Assembly (NCBI GenBank): GCA_043228905.1
Contig: JBHGNT010000003.1
Coordinates: forward strand, 2,046,001 to 2,110,000
Length of the DNA stretch: 64,000 nt
Reading direction: 5' to 3'
From: Azolla caroliniana
Lineage: Eukaryota > Plantae > Polypodiophyta
Shown: positions 1 through 10,359 of the stretch, one piece after another
Position numbering within the stretch: position 1 is the first letter of the stretch
Layout of the letters: the number at the start of each line of letters is the position of its first letter
Made by a program: the position numbers and the translations under genes
The notes under the pieces: generated by a model
Seen by the model: only the letters and a program-made list of their open reading frames with translations
What the model was told of the DNA's origin: nothing
Database searches by the model: none

Positions 1-1378
1 TCTCCTGCTGGAGACTGATGACGGGCTGACGGCCGACTGGGCCGTGGTGAAGAGATTCTGTGGCCGTTTTGACAAACGGCGAGAGTGGGTCGATAAAGGA
101 TCAACGGGGGCAGGCTCTGTAGCAGCAAGGAATCTTGAGCCAACCTCGCCAGCGCGAAGGGAAGAGACCCGAGACTAGCTTGAGACCGGATCGACTTTGA
201 CCGGCATGGTCAGAGGCTCGAGCGGAGGAGCAGCTCTAGAGGAGCTTACTAGGATGGTAAAGGACCTCTAGATTGCACAGGCACGGAGGGACGACGGCGA
301 ACAGGCCCGTGACCGAAGGCCTCTGGCTGGAAACCGGTGTTTGTGGTGCGACACGGTCAGCCACGTCCGGAGGGACTGCGGGAACTTCGTCGAGGCAATG
401 AGAGCCCGAAGGGTGCACACCAGCGAGACCCGAAGGGCCTTGAACCTAAATGTCGGGTGAGGGGGTATGAAACGGCTGATGGAAGAAGCGGCGGCTCGCC
501 ACGCGGAGACCGTTCACTACTCGGCTTCGGTAGGGATCCGGGTCCGAGGTGGTGAGGCCCGGAAGACGGACGAAGCCGGATTCTGGCCATTGATGCTGGA
601 AGGCCTCGCCGGCGCGCGGCTAAGGAAAGAAGAAGTGGACCGCGCGGAAAAATGGGTTTGGGAGGTAACTGGGTGGAGTGACTTGGTCGAAGAGAAGACG
701 AGCTTCGTTGAAGCCGCATGCCAGAACTACGAGGCTCTGGTGGAAGACAAGCGAGTAGGTAAAACTGGAGGGGCTGGGCCCTCGCAACGGTACGAGACCT
801 GATTCGGCCAAAGGCAGAATGAGGCTGGTGCGACCGGCGCACCAGATAAAGCCAAGAAGACCGGGTACTGAGTGAGCACGGAAATCGAACGGACCACGGA
901 ACTGCGAAAGGTCTTGAAGGAACGTATCCTCGATAGCAAAGTGGATCTGTCGCTGAGGGAAGTGCTCGGGATTGCCAAGAAGGAGTTCCACGACTCCATC
1001 GTAGACTTGGTGAAGAGGAAGAGGCTGTCGACAAAGCCAGAGCCGGAGAAGCCGGTGGAAGTGCGAATGACGCACATAGAGGACATGGCGCTAGAAGACG
1101 AGTTGGCAGAGATCCATTATTCGAGGCCGCACTGGGCTAGAGCGACCACGGAGACCCTTGTTAAGATCGGGGATGTCCAGGAGCCGGTGGTGGCGTTGGT
1201 GGACCACGGTTCAGAAATCAACTTGATGTCCATGGACTTCTACAAGAAGGGGAAATGGCCGATCAACACCAAACATGGTTGGAAAATACGGGCAACGACG
1301 TGCGCCACGGAGGAACTACATGGAGCCTGACCGAACGTACGTGTGAAAATCAGCGATGTCGAGATCGACTAGCACTTC

Positions 1379-1463
1379 TGTTGGAAGCAATGTCGTCTGT
1401 GCGGAAGATCTTGAAGCACTCGATTCCTGTTTATTCCCTGTGTATGACAGAATGTAGGTCGTT

Positions 1464-1501
<38 letters not shown>

Positions 1502-1670
1502 AAAAGAGTTTCTTATTTCATAAAGCAACAATACAACAACCAACCCCACAAAGAGGTTACAAGGTCACTATATATAGTGACTGACTTAGGGCAACTACCC
1601 TTTATGCTAATTACAGAAATGGCCAAAACGGGATAATGTGAATACGTCCATTATACACATGTATTCGACA
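1379..1670 (-). repeat. 3' LTR of intact copia
   Basis: Direct repeat of 6454-6745, TG..CA ends, adjacent to PPT. Confidence 0.97.
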
Positions 1671-1863
1671 CTCCCCCGTAATGGGCGTATACATGGGTTA
1701 TCTGAGATTACAGGTATAAACTTAGGTTCTCGGACATATCAGCTTTGTTTGAGTCGGCAGGGTCCGAAGGCAGAAGACCGAACTGGTCGGGTCGGAACAG
1801 TCGAAGCCGATCATTAAGGAACTGATGTCGGTTGTCGGGAACCATTCTGCTCTGTGTCCGGCT

Positions 1864-4800
1864 CTAACCGGACTGGTTTGTCGTTACGCCCATCTGATGC
1901 CGAAGAGACCGAAAACGGTCTGCCGAAAGACATTTGGTCATTCCATCTGCGACATTGTCGGTTGTGGATATTTTCTCTAGACCGATTTTCCCTGAGATGA
2001 CGCAGTCCCGAACGAAGTGATATCGAACGTCGATATGTTTGGAGGCGTTGTGGTGAACCGGATTTTTCGACAAGGCAACAGCACCTTGACTGTCGCTGTA
2101 GACAACTGGAGCCGAGTCATGGTCGACTTGTCGAAACGTGTGCGCCAGCCGACCGAGCCACAAAGCTTCTTTTGCTGCGTCGGACGCAGCTACATATTCT
2201 GCTTCGGTCGTTGAGGTTGCTGTGCACTCTTGAAGTTTCGACTTCCACGAGATTGCTCCATTGCCGAATTTGAAGCAGTATCCGGTTGTTGATTTCCGAC
2301 TGTCTATACAACCGGCGAAGTCCGAGTCGGTGTAACCGACTACGCCTGAGGTTCGGTTCGGACCGAAAAGAATGCCGTGATCTTTTGTGCCAGCCAGATA
2401 TCTGAACACATGCTTGACTGCGTTCCAATGCGATCGGCTAGGATTGTGCATAAATCTGCTAACGACTCCTACGGCATGAGAGATGTCAGGCCGTGTCGCG
2501 ACCATCAGGTACATAAGGGAGCCGACTGCCGGTGCATACGGTACCGACTTCATATCTTCCCCCTCCGAACCGGATGTCGGGCAGTCTCGCTGAGAGAGCC
2601 GAAGATTCATAGGGAGTGGGGTTGAAGCAGATTTGGCTGATTGCATGTTGAAGCGTTCCAAGACACGTCCGATATAGTCGGTCTGAGACAAAAAAAGATG
2701 TCGTTTATCGCGATGCCGACTAATCTTCATGCCAAGGATGTGTCGTGCCGGACCGAGGTCCTTCATGGAAAACTTCAACCGCAGTTGCCGAATGAGATCG
2801 GTGAGTTCGCCCGCGTGGCGTCCAGAGATTAGCATGTCGTCCACGTAGATGATGAGGAAGATGGGTGATCCATCTTGAGCTGTGTTGGTGAAGAGACAAT
2901 GGTCCTCACCGCTTTTGGAGAAGCCGATCGATTGGATGAAGTCGTCGAACTTCTTGTACCATTGTCGTGGTGCCTGTTTGAGGCCGTATAGACTCTTCCT
3001 GAGTCGGCAGACTAGATGTTCTTGGCCGGTGGCCACGAAGCCTTTCGGCTGCTCCATATAAATTTCCTCGTCAAGATCACCATGGAGGAATGCTGTTTTG
3101 ACATCTAGCTGAATCAGCTCCAAGTTGTCGGCTGCCACTACGCCGAGTAGGAAACGAAGGGTTGTCATTTTCACCACTGGTGAAAAAATCTCGTCGAAGT
3201 CGACGCCGTATTCTTGTCGGAAGCCCTTCGCAACCAATCTGGCCTTGTACTTTGGGGTGGTCGAATCAGACGTCTCTTTTAGTCGATAGACCCACTTGCA
3301 AGGAAGAGCACGTCGGTTCCTCGGTAATTCGACCAAATCCCAAGTCTTGTTTGCCCGAATGGAGTGCATTTCCGACTCCATCGCCAGATGCCAGGTGGCT
3401 GAATCGACAGATGTCGATGCTTCTTCGTAAGACGTCGGTTCGCCGGCGTCGGTGAAGAAAATTCCAGGAGAATATCTCTCCGGAGGTTGCGACAGTCTCT
3501 CGGATCGTCGAAGTAGGATTGGACTGGTCGCATCGGGTATCGAGGTCGGATGGTCCGAAACCGAATCATTCGGCTGTGCCGAGTCAGAGTTGTCTGAGTC
3601 GGTAGTGTAAGGTTCAGCTACCCGTGAAGCTGACCGTGTGTTGAGAGCGGGGCCTTCTTGAAGGGTCGGCACATCGGAAAATGTTACCCTTCGGACTTCG
3701 ATCGGTTTTTCGACAGATGGATTCATAGCCGACTCGTTGAACACAACGTCCGAACTTCGAACGATTTGTCTGCGTTCGGGGTCCCAGAGTCGGTATCCCA
3801 TTTCGCCGTCGGATCCATATCCAAGGAAAATGCATTTCCTGGACCGAGGTGCAAGTTTGCGGCGATCATCTTTCGGAATGAGGGCATACGCCTCGCATCC
3901 GAAGATCCTCAGCTTGTCGTAATTCGGCTTTCTGCCGATCCATAGTTCCTGAGGAATTTGAAGTCCTAGAGGTCTACTTGGCGACATATTGATTATGTGT
4001 ACTGCCGTGAGTAGAGCCTCTGCCCAGAAGCCATCCGACAGTCCGGAGTGTTGGAGCATGGAAACTATCCGTTCTTGGATTGTCCGATTCATTCGCTCTG
4101 CAATCCCGTTTTGCTCCGGACTGTGTGGTGCCGTAAATTCACGTCGGATGCCGCGTTGTCGGCAGAATTTGACGAATTCATCGGATTTGAACTCTCCCCC
4201 ATTGTCTGTCCGAAGGCATTTCAGCTTTCGGTCGGTTTGATTTTCTACCATAGCGAGCCAATCTGAGAAGATCGAGAAGACACGATCTTTGGTGCGAATC
4301 GGATAAGCCCACACCTTTCGAGTCGAATCGTCAATAAAACTGACGAAGTAAGAGGCACCGCCTAGAGACTGATGCGGCATTGGCCCACAGACGTCCGAAT
4401 GGACTAAATCGAGAGGTCTCGTTTCTTTTGGTGCTGATGTCGGGTGTGATGCGGCTACTTGTTTGCCATACTGGCAATGCTCGCAGAATTGATGGTCGGA
4501 GAAGGAGAGTTTGGGGATGTACCCGGCTCTGGATAGGTGCGTGATGCCGGCCTTGCTGAGGTGTCCTAATCTTCGGTGCCATAGTGATGACACAGGAATA
4601 TCCACCAAAAACAGGTTACCCTCTCTGAGCGTAACATGTAGCGGATACAATGAGTGTATCTTAGGTCCTCTAGCAAGCAGGAGGTTCCCCCTGTGGAGTG
4701 TCCACCCTCCCGAAGAAAAGCCGGCACGAATGCCGTCTTCATCCAGTTGTCCGACTGAGATCAATGGCCTTGAGAGCTCGGGTACATGTCGGACATTGTG

Positions 4801-5880
4801 GAGTACAAGTGTAGAGCCACCTGCAAGGTTGAGCTCTACTGTGCCGATTCCGATGATGTCACAGTGTTGTGAGTTGCCGACCCGAACTGAGTCGGAGTGA
4901 CGGATCGTATATTGCCGAAATTGGGACCGATGAGGAGTCACATGAAATGACGCACCCGAATCCAAGAGCCATGTGCTCGATTCTTCAGTCGTGAGCAGAA
5001 CTTCTGAGCCGACTGGATTTTCGATTGATAGTATGTTCGGGTCGTCTGGTAGCACATCAGCTGAGAAGCTGACGTGATTGATCTCCTCATGCCGGCCACT
5101 CCTCTTGTTGTTCTTGTTCTTGAGTGCGCGGCAGTCGGCCTTGATGTGTCCGGGTTTCTTGCAATAGTTGCAGATTCGGTTATCCCGTGACTGGCTCCGT
5201 CTTCGCTGATTGTTCGGCGGTCGTGAGGAATCTCTTCCTCGTATGTTCGATCGGTCTGTCGAACCTTGTACTACGTAAGCGTCGTCTGTTGAGTCTTTGG
5301 CGAAAGACTTTCTCCGAGCTGCTTCAGTCAGGATTGCGCTCGTGACTTCGGAGTATTTAACAGCCGTGGTTGACGCGTTGCACACGGTTGTGACGAAAGT
5401 TTCCCATGATGAGGGAAGGCTACTCATGAGTATCATTGCTCTGAGTTCATCCTCGATTGCCGTCCCCTGTGACGAGATTTGGGAGCTTATGCTTTCGTAC
5501 TCATTGAGGTGTGCTTGAACCGAATCGGATTCTTTCATCCGCAAGTTGTAGAGGCGCCGGATCAGAAACATCTTCGTTGCGGCGACCTTCTTTTCGTAAG
5601 TGTCCGACAGTGTTTTCCACAGTTCGAATGCTGTCGTACACGATTGCACCGTAAAGTATACCGATTCCGATAGGTGCATCCGAATCGTGGCGCGGACGAT
5701 TCTGTCCAGCTTCTGCCACTCAATTGGTTTGTATCCTTCTGGAGGTTCTTCATTTTCGATGGGATCGATCTGCCCCTTGACTATGAGATAGTCCTGCATT
5801 TGTTCCTTCCAGAAGTTGAAGTTCGATCCATCGAACTTTCGTAGACTCATTTCTGACGAGCCGGATGTTGATGCCATCAA
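1864..5880 (-). CDS. Copia gag-pol polyprotein (GAG-PR-INT-RT-RH), 1338 aa, uninterrupted
   Basis: CNYCKKPGHIKADC zinc knuckle, WLLDSGAS protease, HHCC and D-D-E integrase (HSDVCGP, TDNGGEF, NGIAER), RT IYVDDM, RNase H YTDSDFAG..KHIDVRYHF. First ATG at 5877. Confidence 0.98.
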   Translation of the reverse strand: MMASTSGSSEMSLRKFDGSNFNFWKEQMQDYLIVKGQIDPIENEEPPEGYKPIEWQKLDRIVRATIRMHLSESVYFTVQSCTTAFELWKTLSDTYEKKVAATKMFLIRRLYNLRMKESDSVQAHLNEYESISSQISSQGTAIEDELRAMILMSSLPSSWETFVTTVCNASTTAVKYSEVTSAILTEAARRKSFAKDSTDDAYVVQGSTDRSNIRGRDSSRPPNNQRRRSQSRDNRICNYCKKPGHIKADCRALKNKNNKRSGRHEEINHVSFSADVLPDDPNILSIENPVGSEVLLTTEESSTWLLDSGASFHVTPHRSQFRQYTIRHSDSVRVGNSQHCDIIGIGTVELNLAGGSTLVLHNVRHVPELSRPLISVGQLDEDGIRAGFSSGGWTLHRGNLLLARGPKIHSLYPLHVTLREGNLFLVDIPVSSLWHRRLGHLSKAGITHLSRAGYIPKLSFSDHQFCEHCQYGKQVAASHPTSAPKETRPLDLVHSDVCGPMPHQSLGGASYFVSFIDDSTRKVWAYPIRTKDRVFSIFSDWLAMVENQTDRKLKCLRTDNGGEFKSDEFVKFCRQRGIRREFTAPHSPEQNGIAERMNRTIQERIVSMLQHSGLSDGFWAEALLTAVHIINMSPSRPLGLQIPQELWIGRKPNYDKLRIFGCEAYALIPKDDRRKLAPRSRKCIFLGYGSDGEMGYRLWDPERRQIVRSSDVVFNESAMNPSVEKPIEVRRVTFSDVPTLQEGPALNTRSASRVAEPYTTDSDNSDSAQPNDSVSDHPTSIPDATSPILLRRSERLSQPPERYSPGIFFTDAGEPTSYEEASTSVDSATWHLAMESEMHSIRANKTWDLVELPRNRRALPCKWVYRLKETSDSTTPKYKARLVAKGFRQEYGVDFDEIFSPVVKMTTLRFLLGVVAADNLELIQLDVKTAFLHGDLDEEIYMEQPKGFVATGQEHLVCRLRKSLYGLKQAPRQWYKKFDDFIQSIGFSKSGEDHCLFTNTAQDGSPIFLIIYVDDMLISGRHAGELTDLIRQLRLKFSMKDLGPARHILGMKISRHRDKRHLFLSQTDYIGRVLERFNMQSAKSASTPLPMNLRLSQRDCPTSGSEGEDMKSVPYAPAVGSLMYLMVATRPDISHAVGVVSRFMHNPSRSHWNAVKHVFRYLAGTKDHGILFGPNRTSGVVGYTDSDFAGCIDSRKSTTGYCFKFGNGAISWKSKLQECTATSTTEAEYVAASDAAKEALWLGRLAHTFRQVDHDSAPVVYSDSQGAVALSKNPVHHNASKHIDVRYHFVRDCVISGKIGLEKISTTDNVADGMTKCLSADRFRSLRHQMGVTTNQSG

Positions 5881-6453
5881 ATTCGGTTTCAGTTGACGAA
5901 GCTCGGTTCGGAGTTGACTACGAACCTTGTTGGAGTGCAGCCGGTTGGCTCACCCGATATCGTTCTAGTCGGATTTGAACCCGAGTCGGTTCGGTTTCGG
6001 AACTTGCTCGAATTTACTCCGGTAACTTGAGGGACAGAACCGACTGGTCTTCCCGAATGTTGCCGAGTCGGAGTGAGCCCGGTTCGTTTCGGATATATAT
6101 GCCGAATACCAATTATTAAAACCGATTATCTGAACCGATTTTGCTTCGGTTGACTGCAGCGACGAGAGAGACGGATCCGACTGATCCTCCCGAATGTCGA
6201 TCAGCCAGATGAAGCATGAATTTGGGTTGTTGTCAGGGTTGCACAAGGGGATTTCACCTCGAGCGGTTACGATCACGGGGAGCGGAGTACAACCTGCTGG
6301 CTTACTCCAAACAAAGATGATCTAACGCGATGAGATGCAAACCTGGTTTTTCTTCTTCTTCTCTCTTCTTCGAATGACGCAGGGAACCGAATGCAGAGAC
6401 GACGGCCGACAGCGGATTGAAGAACCGACTACTGTGCAGGCTCTGATACCAGA

Positions 6454-6538
6454 TGTTGGAAGCAATGTCGTCTGTGCGGAAGATCTTGAAGCACTCGATT
6501 CCTGTTTATTCCCTGTGTATGACAGAATGTAGGTCGTT

Positions 6539-6576
<38 letters not shown>

Positions 6577-6745
6577 AAAAGAGTTTCTTATTTCATAAAG
6601 CAACAATACAACAACCAACCCCACAAAGAGGTTACAAGGTCACTATATATAGTGACTGACTTAGGGCAACTACCCTTTATGCTAATTACAGAAATGGCCA
6701 AAACGGGATAATGTGAATACGTCCATTATACACATGTATTCGACA
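6454..6745 (-). repeat. 5' LTR of intact copia
   Basis: Direct repeat of 1379-1670, adjacent to tRNA-iMet PBS. Confidence 0.97.
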
Positions 6746-6950
6746 ACTTCTTCGTGCAGGAGACGTCCTCACATCTGGTTATACTAGGAGAACCATACAT
6801 CACGGCGGCACGGATGGAGACCAAGGTGCTGGACAACGGTTCGGCCTATGCAAGAGTCAAGAGCCAGGACGGGCGTCACTCAGTCCAGTTCCTGACGGTG
6901 CGACCGAACCATGAGCGTAACCGCGAGACCCTCGGAGGCGGAACCCGAGG

Positions 6951-7016
6951 GGATTTTTAGAGAGGGCTACCAAGGCGTGGGGCCGCGATAGTCCGGACAC
7001 CCCGGAAAAACCCCAC
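6951..7016 (+). promoter_or_regulatory. Candidate -1 programmed ribosomal frameshift signal (gypsy A)
   Basis: G GAT TTT TAG ends the gag-pro frame. A 6-nt spacer is followed by stem GGGCTA/TAGTCC. Loop GTGGGG is complementary to CCCCAC at 7011-7016. The -1 frame is open downstream. Confidence 0.75.
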
Positions 7017-9497
7017 AAATGTATAGTAGGGAAGAAGACCTGTACCATAGGTAGGAAATTTTGGTTCTCCGATAGCGGGGGTTGTACTATAACCGGCGTC
7101 AGCGGCCGGAAAAGGAAGCGAGCGGAGGAGCGGCTCAAGGGATGCAGAGTCCTCTCCCTCGACGAAGAGATCAGCGGCGCCGTGGAGGCGGTCTCTTTTG
7201 ATGACACCTTGGGCGAGTTACGAAAGGTGGTAGGGAAGACCTTAGAGAAGACCGGACCGTTCCGGTTAGTTCGATGGGAATGTACGAAGTCATCGCGGAC
7301 TTCGGGGAAAGGATCGGGTTGGATCAGACGGCCCGCGTGGATACAAAGTACAAGACTGTGGACCGGAAGGTGAGGCCAGTCGCGACACCCTTGCCGGAGG
7401 GCAGCGAGGAGTGGATAAAAGGGGTCGCGTCGGACCCAAGTTTACGGAATCCGGCTGGCATAGGGCAACGGTTCACCGACATAACACTACAAGAGCTCAA
7501 GATCGGTGGGGGCGGCTTTCTACTGCCGGCGGCAGAGGACCGGTTTTGGAGAATGCTCGGGAGGCACAGGAAGGCTTTCGCATTCTCACCAGAGGAGATC
7601 GGGTGCGTAGACCCGACATATGTCAAACCGATGGTGATCTTCACATTACCGCACGTACCGTGGAATCTCAAATCGATTCCGGTGCCGAGAGCTCACATCC
7701 CGAAGTTGATGGAGCTTCTGACGCAAAAGGTGGAGATGGGCATCCTCAAACCGTCGAGTGCCCCGTATTCGAATCGGTGGTTTACGGTGCCGAAAAAGAA
7801 CGGCACGCTGTGCTTCATTCAGGACCTGCAACCAGTCAACAAGGTGACCATTCGGAATGCAGGAATCGAACCGTCCATAGACGAGTTCGCGGAGGCCTTC
7901 GCCGGAAGGTCGATTTACTCTGTCGGTGATCTGTATTCGGGGTACGATCAGTTCCAACTAGCCGTGGAGAGCAGAGACATTACGACGATGTGGACTCCTC
8001 TCGGCCTAGTGCGGATATGTACCCTACCACAAGGAGGGACGAACTCGGTGGCTCACATGGTGGCGAGAGCAAGTATGACGGGGAGTGGCTCCGGATCGGC
8101 GGGCTCCTGAAAACAATGACACCGGACGTGGCATGGACAAAGGAAGAGACCAACCGGATCCGGAAGAAAGCGTACCGATTCTTCCTTCGGGACGGGTACA
8201 CCTGGAAGCACCCGAAGAAGAGGGACGACATCCCGCTCCGAGTGGTGGCGAAGAAGGAGGAATAGGAGGAGTTGCTGGAGGCCTACCACGAGAGTCCTTG
8301 GGCCGGACACCGCGGACCGTGGGCCACGTTCGAGAAGCTAAAGGGGAAGTACTGGTGGCTGGGACTGTACCGGGACGTGCATCGGTTCGTGACGACTTGC
8401 GAAAGCTGTAAGATGCACTCCATAGTCCGACACCGGGACGAGCTTCACCCGACCTACCCTCGACTGTCCATTTCAAGTGGATGGTGGACTTGGTGACGAT
8501 GCCGATGGGAGTAGGACAAATGCGATACCTGGTGCTTGCACGGGAAGACTTAACGAACCAGGTGGAAGGCCAGGCACTGCAAAACAAAACAACCGCGGCG
8601 GTATGCCGGTTCTTGATCGAAGAGGTAATGTGTCAGTACGGGTGCGTCGGGAGGATCGTGGCTGACCGCGGAGAGTTGGACTCGCAAGAGGCTGAAGAGC
8701 TGTTTGACCGACTAGGGGTCAAACTCTCGATCACCAGAACGTACAATCCAGAGGCTAACGGGAAGGTGGAGCGTGGACACGGGCCGATCGTCAAAGCACT
8801 AGTACGGGCGTGTGAAGGCCAAGTCGGGAACTGGCCGCGACTGCTACCTTATGCCTTGTGGACGGACCGAACTACACACAGTTTGGTAACCGGGTTCATG
8901 CCGACAAAGCTTATGTACGGACAGAGGCCGATCATGGCAACGGAGTGAACCATCTCCTCATGGGCCACGGTGGATTGGAGAGATGAGATGAGCCAGGAGG
9001 AGCTGCTAGCGGCACGGATTCGACAGCTCGAGCGAAGGCTGGAGGACGTGGAAAGAGCCGCGGAGAAGCTTCGGTTGGCAAGGTCGAAGAACAAAGAGCG
9101 GTTTGATCGGACTCATCGACTGCGACCGAAGAAAATCGAGGAAGGTGACTGGGTCCTAGTGTATGACAACATCCTCGATAACCAACACAGGGCGATGCGG
9201 AAGTTTGCAAGGAGGTGGTTCGGGCCTTACGCGGTGACAGGCGCCAACGATAACGGGACCTACCATCTTGCGGAGCTCGACGGTACGAGGATGGCAATAC
9301 TGGTAGTGGGGAAGAGGGTCAAAGCGTTTAAGAAACGACACGAGTGCGAGCCAGGTTTGGAAAGCATGGACGGCGACGACGGGAGGTCCGAGGCGGATGA
9401 CGACCCGGAAGTCGAGGAGTAAAGCATGGACCGGTTTTCTCCAGCAAGAGCCCGATTTTGGCGCATACCGGTGGATGCACGGTTAGGTGGGGGCGGA

Positions 9498-10186
9498 TGT
9501 CGTGAAGAAAACCGTCTCTAGGCGGAAACCGAGTTTAGCGTGTGTAAACCGGCCCTGATACGTGATTACACTTTTCGTTGTATAGTAAGTAGGTAGGTAC
9601 AAGTCGGCTGAGGTGAAATCCTAGGTAGCACGCATTCAATAGGGAAGAATCGAGGTGTATCTTTGTCCGAAAGGACAGAGAATTAATATGATGTAACGAA
9701 TGATAACGGCCTCCCTCCTTGGGCTATAAAAGAGAGGGAGAGGAATGAAAAAAGGATCACTTTTGTCGAGGACGAAGTGATGTCGGACTGGAACCGAGCT
9801 CTTCTCCTCCTTTTTTTTCTCTGTATTTGCTTTGAGCAGGTTTTCGGGAGGCTGACTCTGCTCCGTGGAATGCCAGTGTGCTTCCAGCAGAGTCTCCATC
9901 TCGCTCTTCTGTATGTGAGTGAACAAGCGTCGGTGTTCGCCTTGCCGGCCTGTTAGTTGTAACCGTCTTGATATATCTTTATATATTTACGTACATACAC
10001 GTTCATATACTCGGACTTCTAGTCTTCTCGTTTTGCTGTGTTGTCGGACTGTGATTCCTGTGTGCTCCCGCGTCTGTGTGTACGAGTGCGCCCGCTGCCT
10101 TTCCGTTCTCCTCCTTCTTAGCTATTCCTCGGTCCAAGACCCCTGTGGTCCCGCCCTTCTACACGCACGCGCGTAATAACGCGACA
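9498..10186 (+). repeat. 3' LTR of gypsy A (689 bp)
   Basis: Starts TGTCGTGAAG after the PPT, contains CTATAAAA (~9724), ends GCGACA. Flanked by ACGT. Confidence 0.9.
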
Positions 10187-10359
10187 ACGTAAACATCCTG
10201 TATACTCTCTATCATTGTGTGTGTCTCTGTATGTGTGTTCACTCCCTACTTCCCATTATTGTGTTTGATTCTCGTTGGAAGTATTCAAGACTTGGTTGTG
10301 GCCGAGCTATATTCCGCGCTATTCTCTTCAAACTGGTATCAGAGCGAACAACATAGGAA

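Larger units (their letters stand above)
1379..6745 (-). mobile_element. Full-length, apparently intact Ty1/copia LTR retrotransposon (Tnt1/Tork-like)
   Basis: 292-bp LTRs at 1379-1670 and 6454-6745, no difference seen by eye. 5-bp TSD ACTTC (1374-1378 / 6746-6750). PBS TGGTATCAGAGC at 6440-6451 (minus). PPT at 1671-1680 (minus). Confidence 0.98.
1..9422 (+). pseudogene. Degenerate gag-pro / pol of gypsy A
   Basis: Multiple stops and frameshifts. The peptide D-[stop]-HF|FVQETSSH (QHFFVQETSSH in copy C) is split by the copia insertion. About 1 kb of RT C-terminus/RNase H is deleted at ~8062 (AHMV joined to SKYDGEWL) relative to copy C. Confidence 0.88.
1..10186 (+). mobile_element. Ty3/gypsy element A (5' end outside window; interrupted by the copia at 1379-6745; inserted into the 5' LTR of copia B)
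   Basis: Gag CCHC knuckle CLWCDTVSHVRRDC (~338-379), protease LVDHGSEIN (ORF 872-1330), RT N-terminal half (7274-8065), integrase with D-D-E and GPY motifs (8481-9422), PPT 9481-9497, LTR 9498-10186 with TG..CA ends. Confidence 0.93.
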
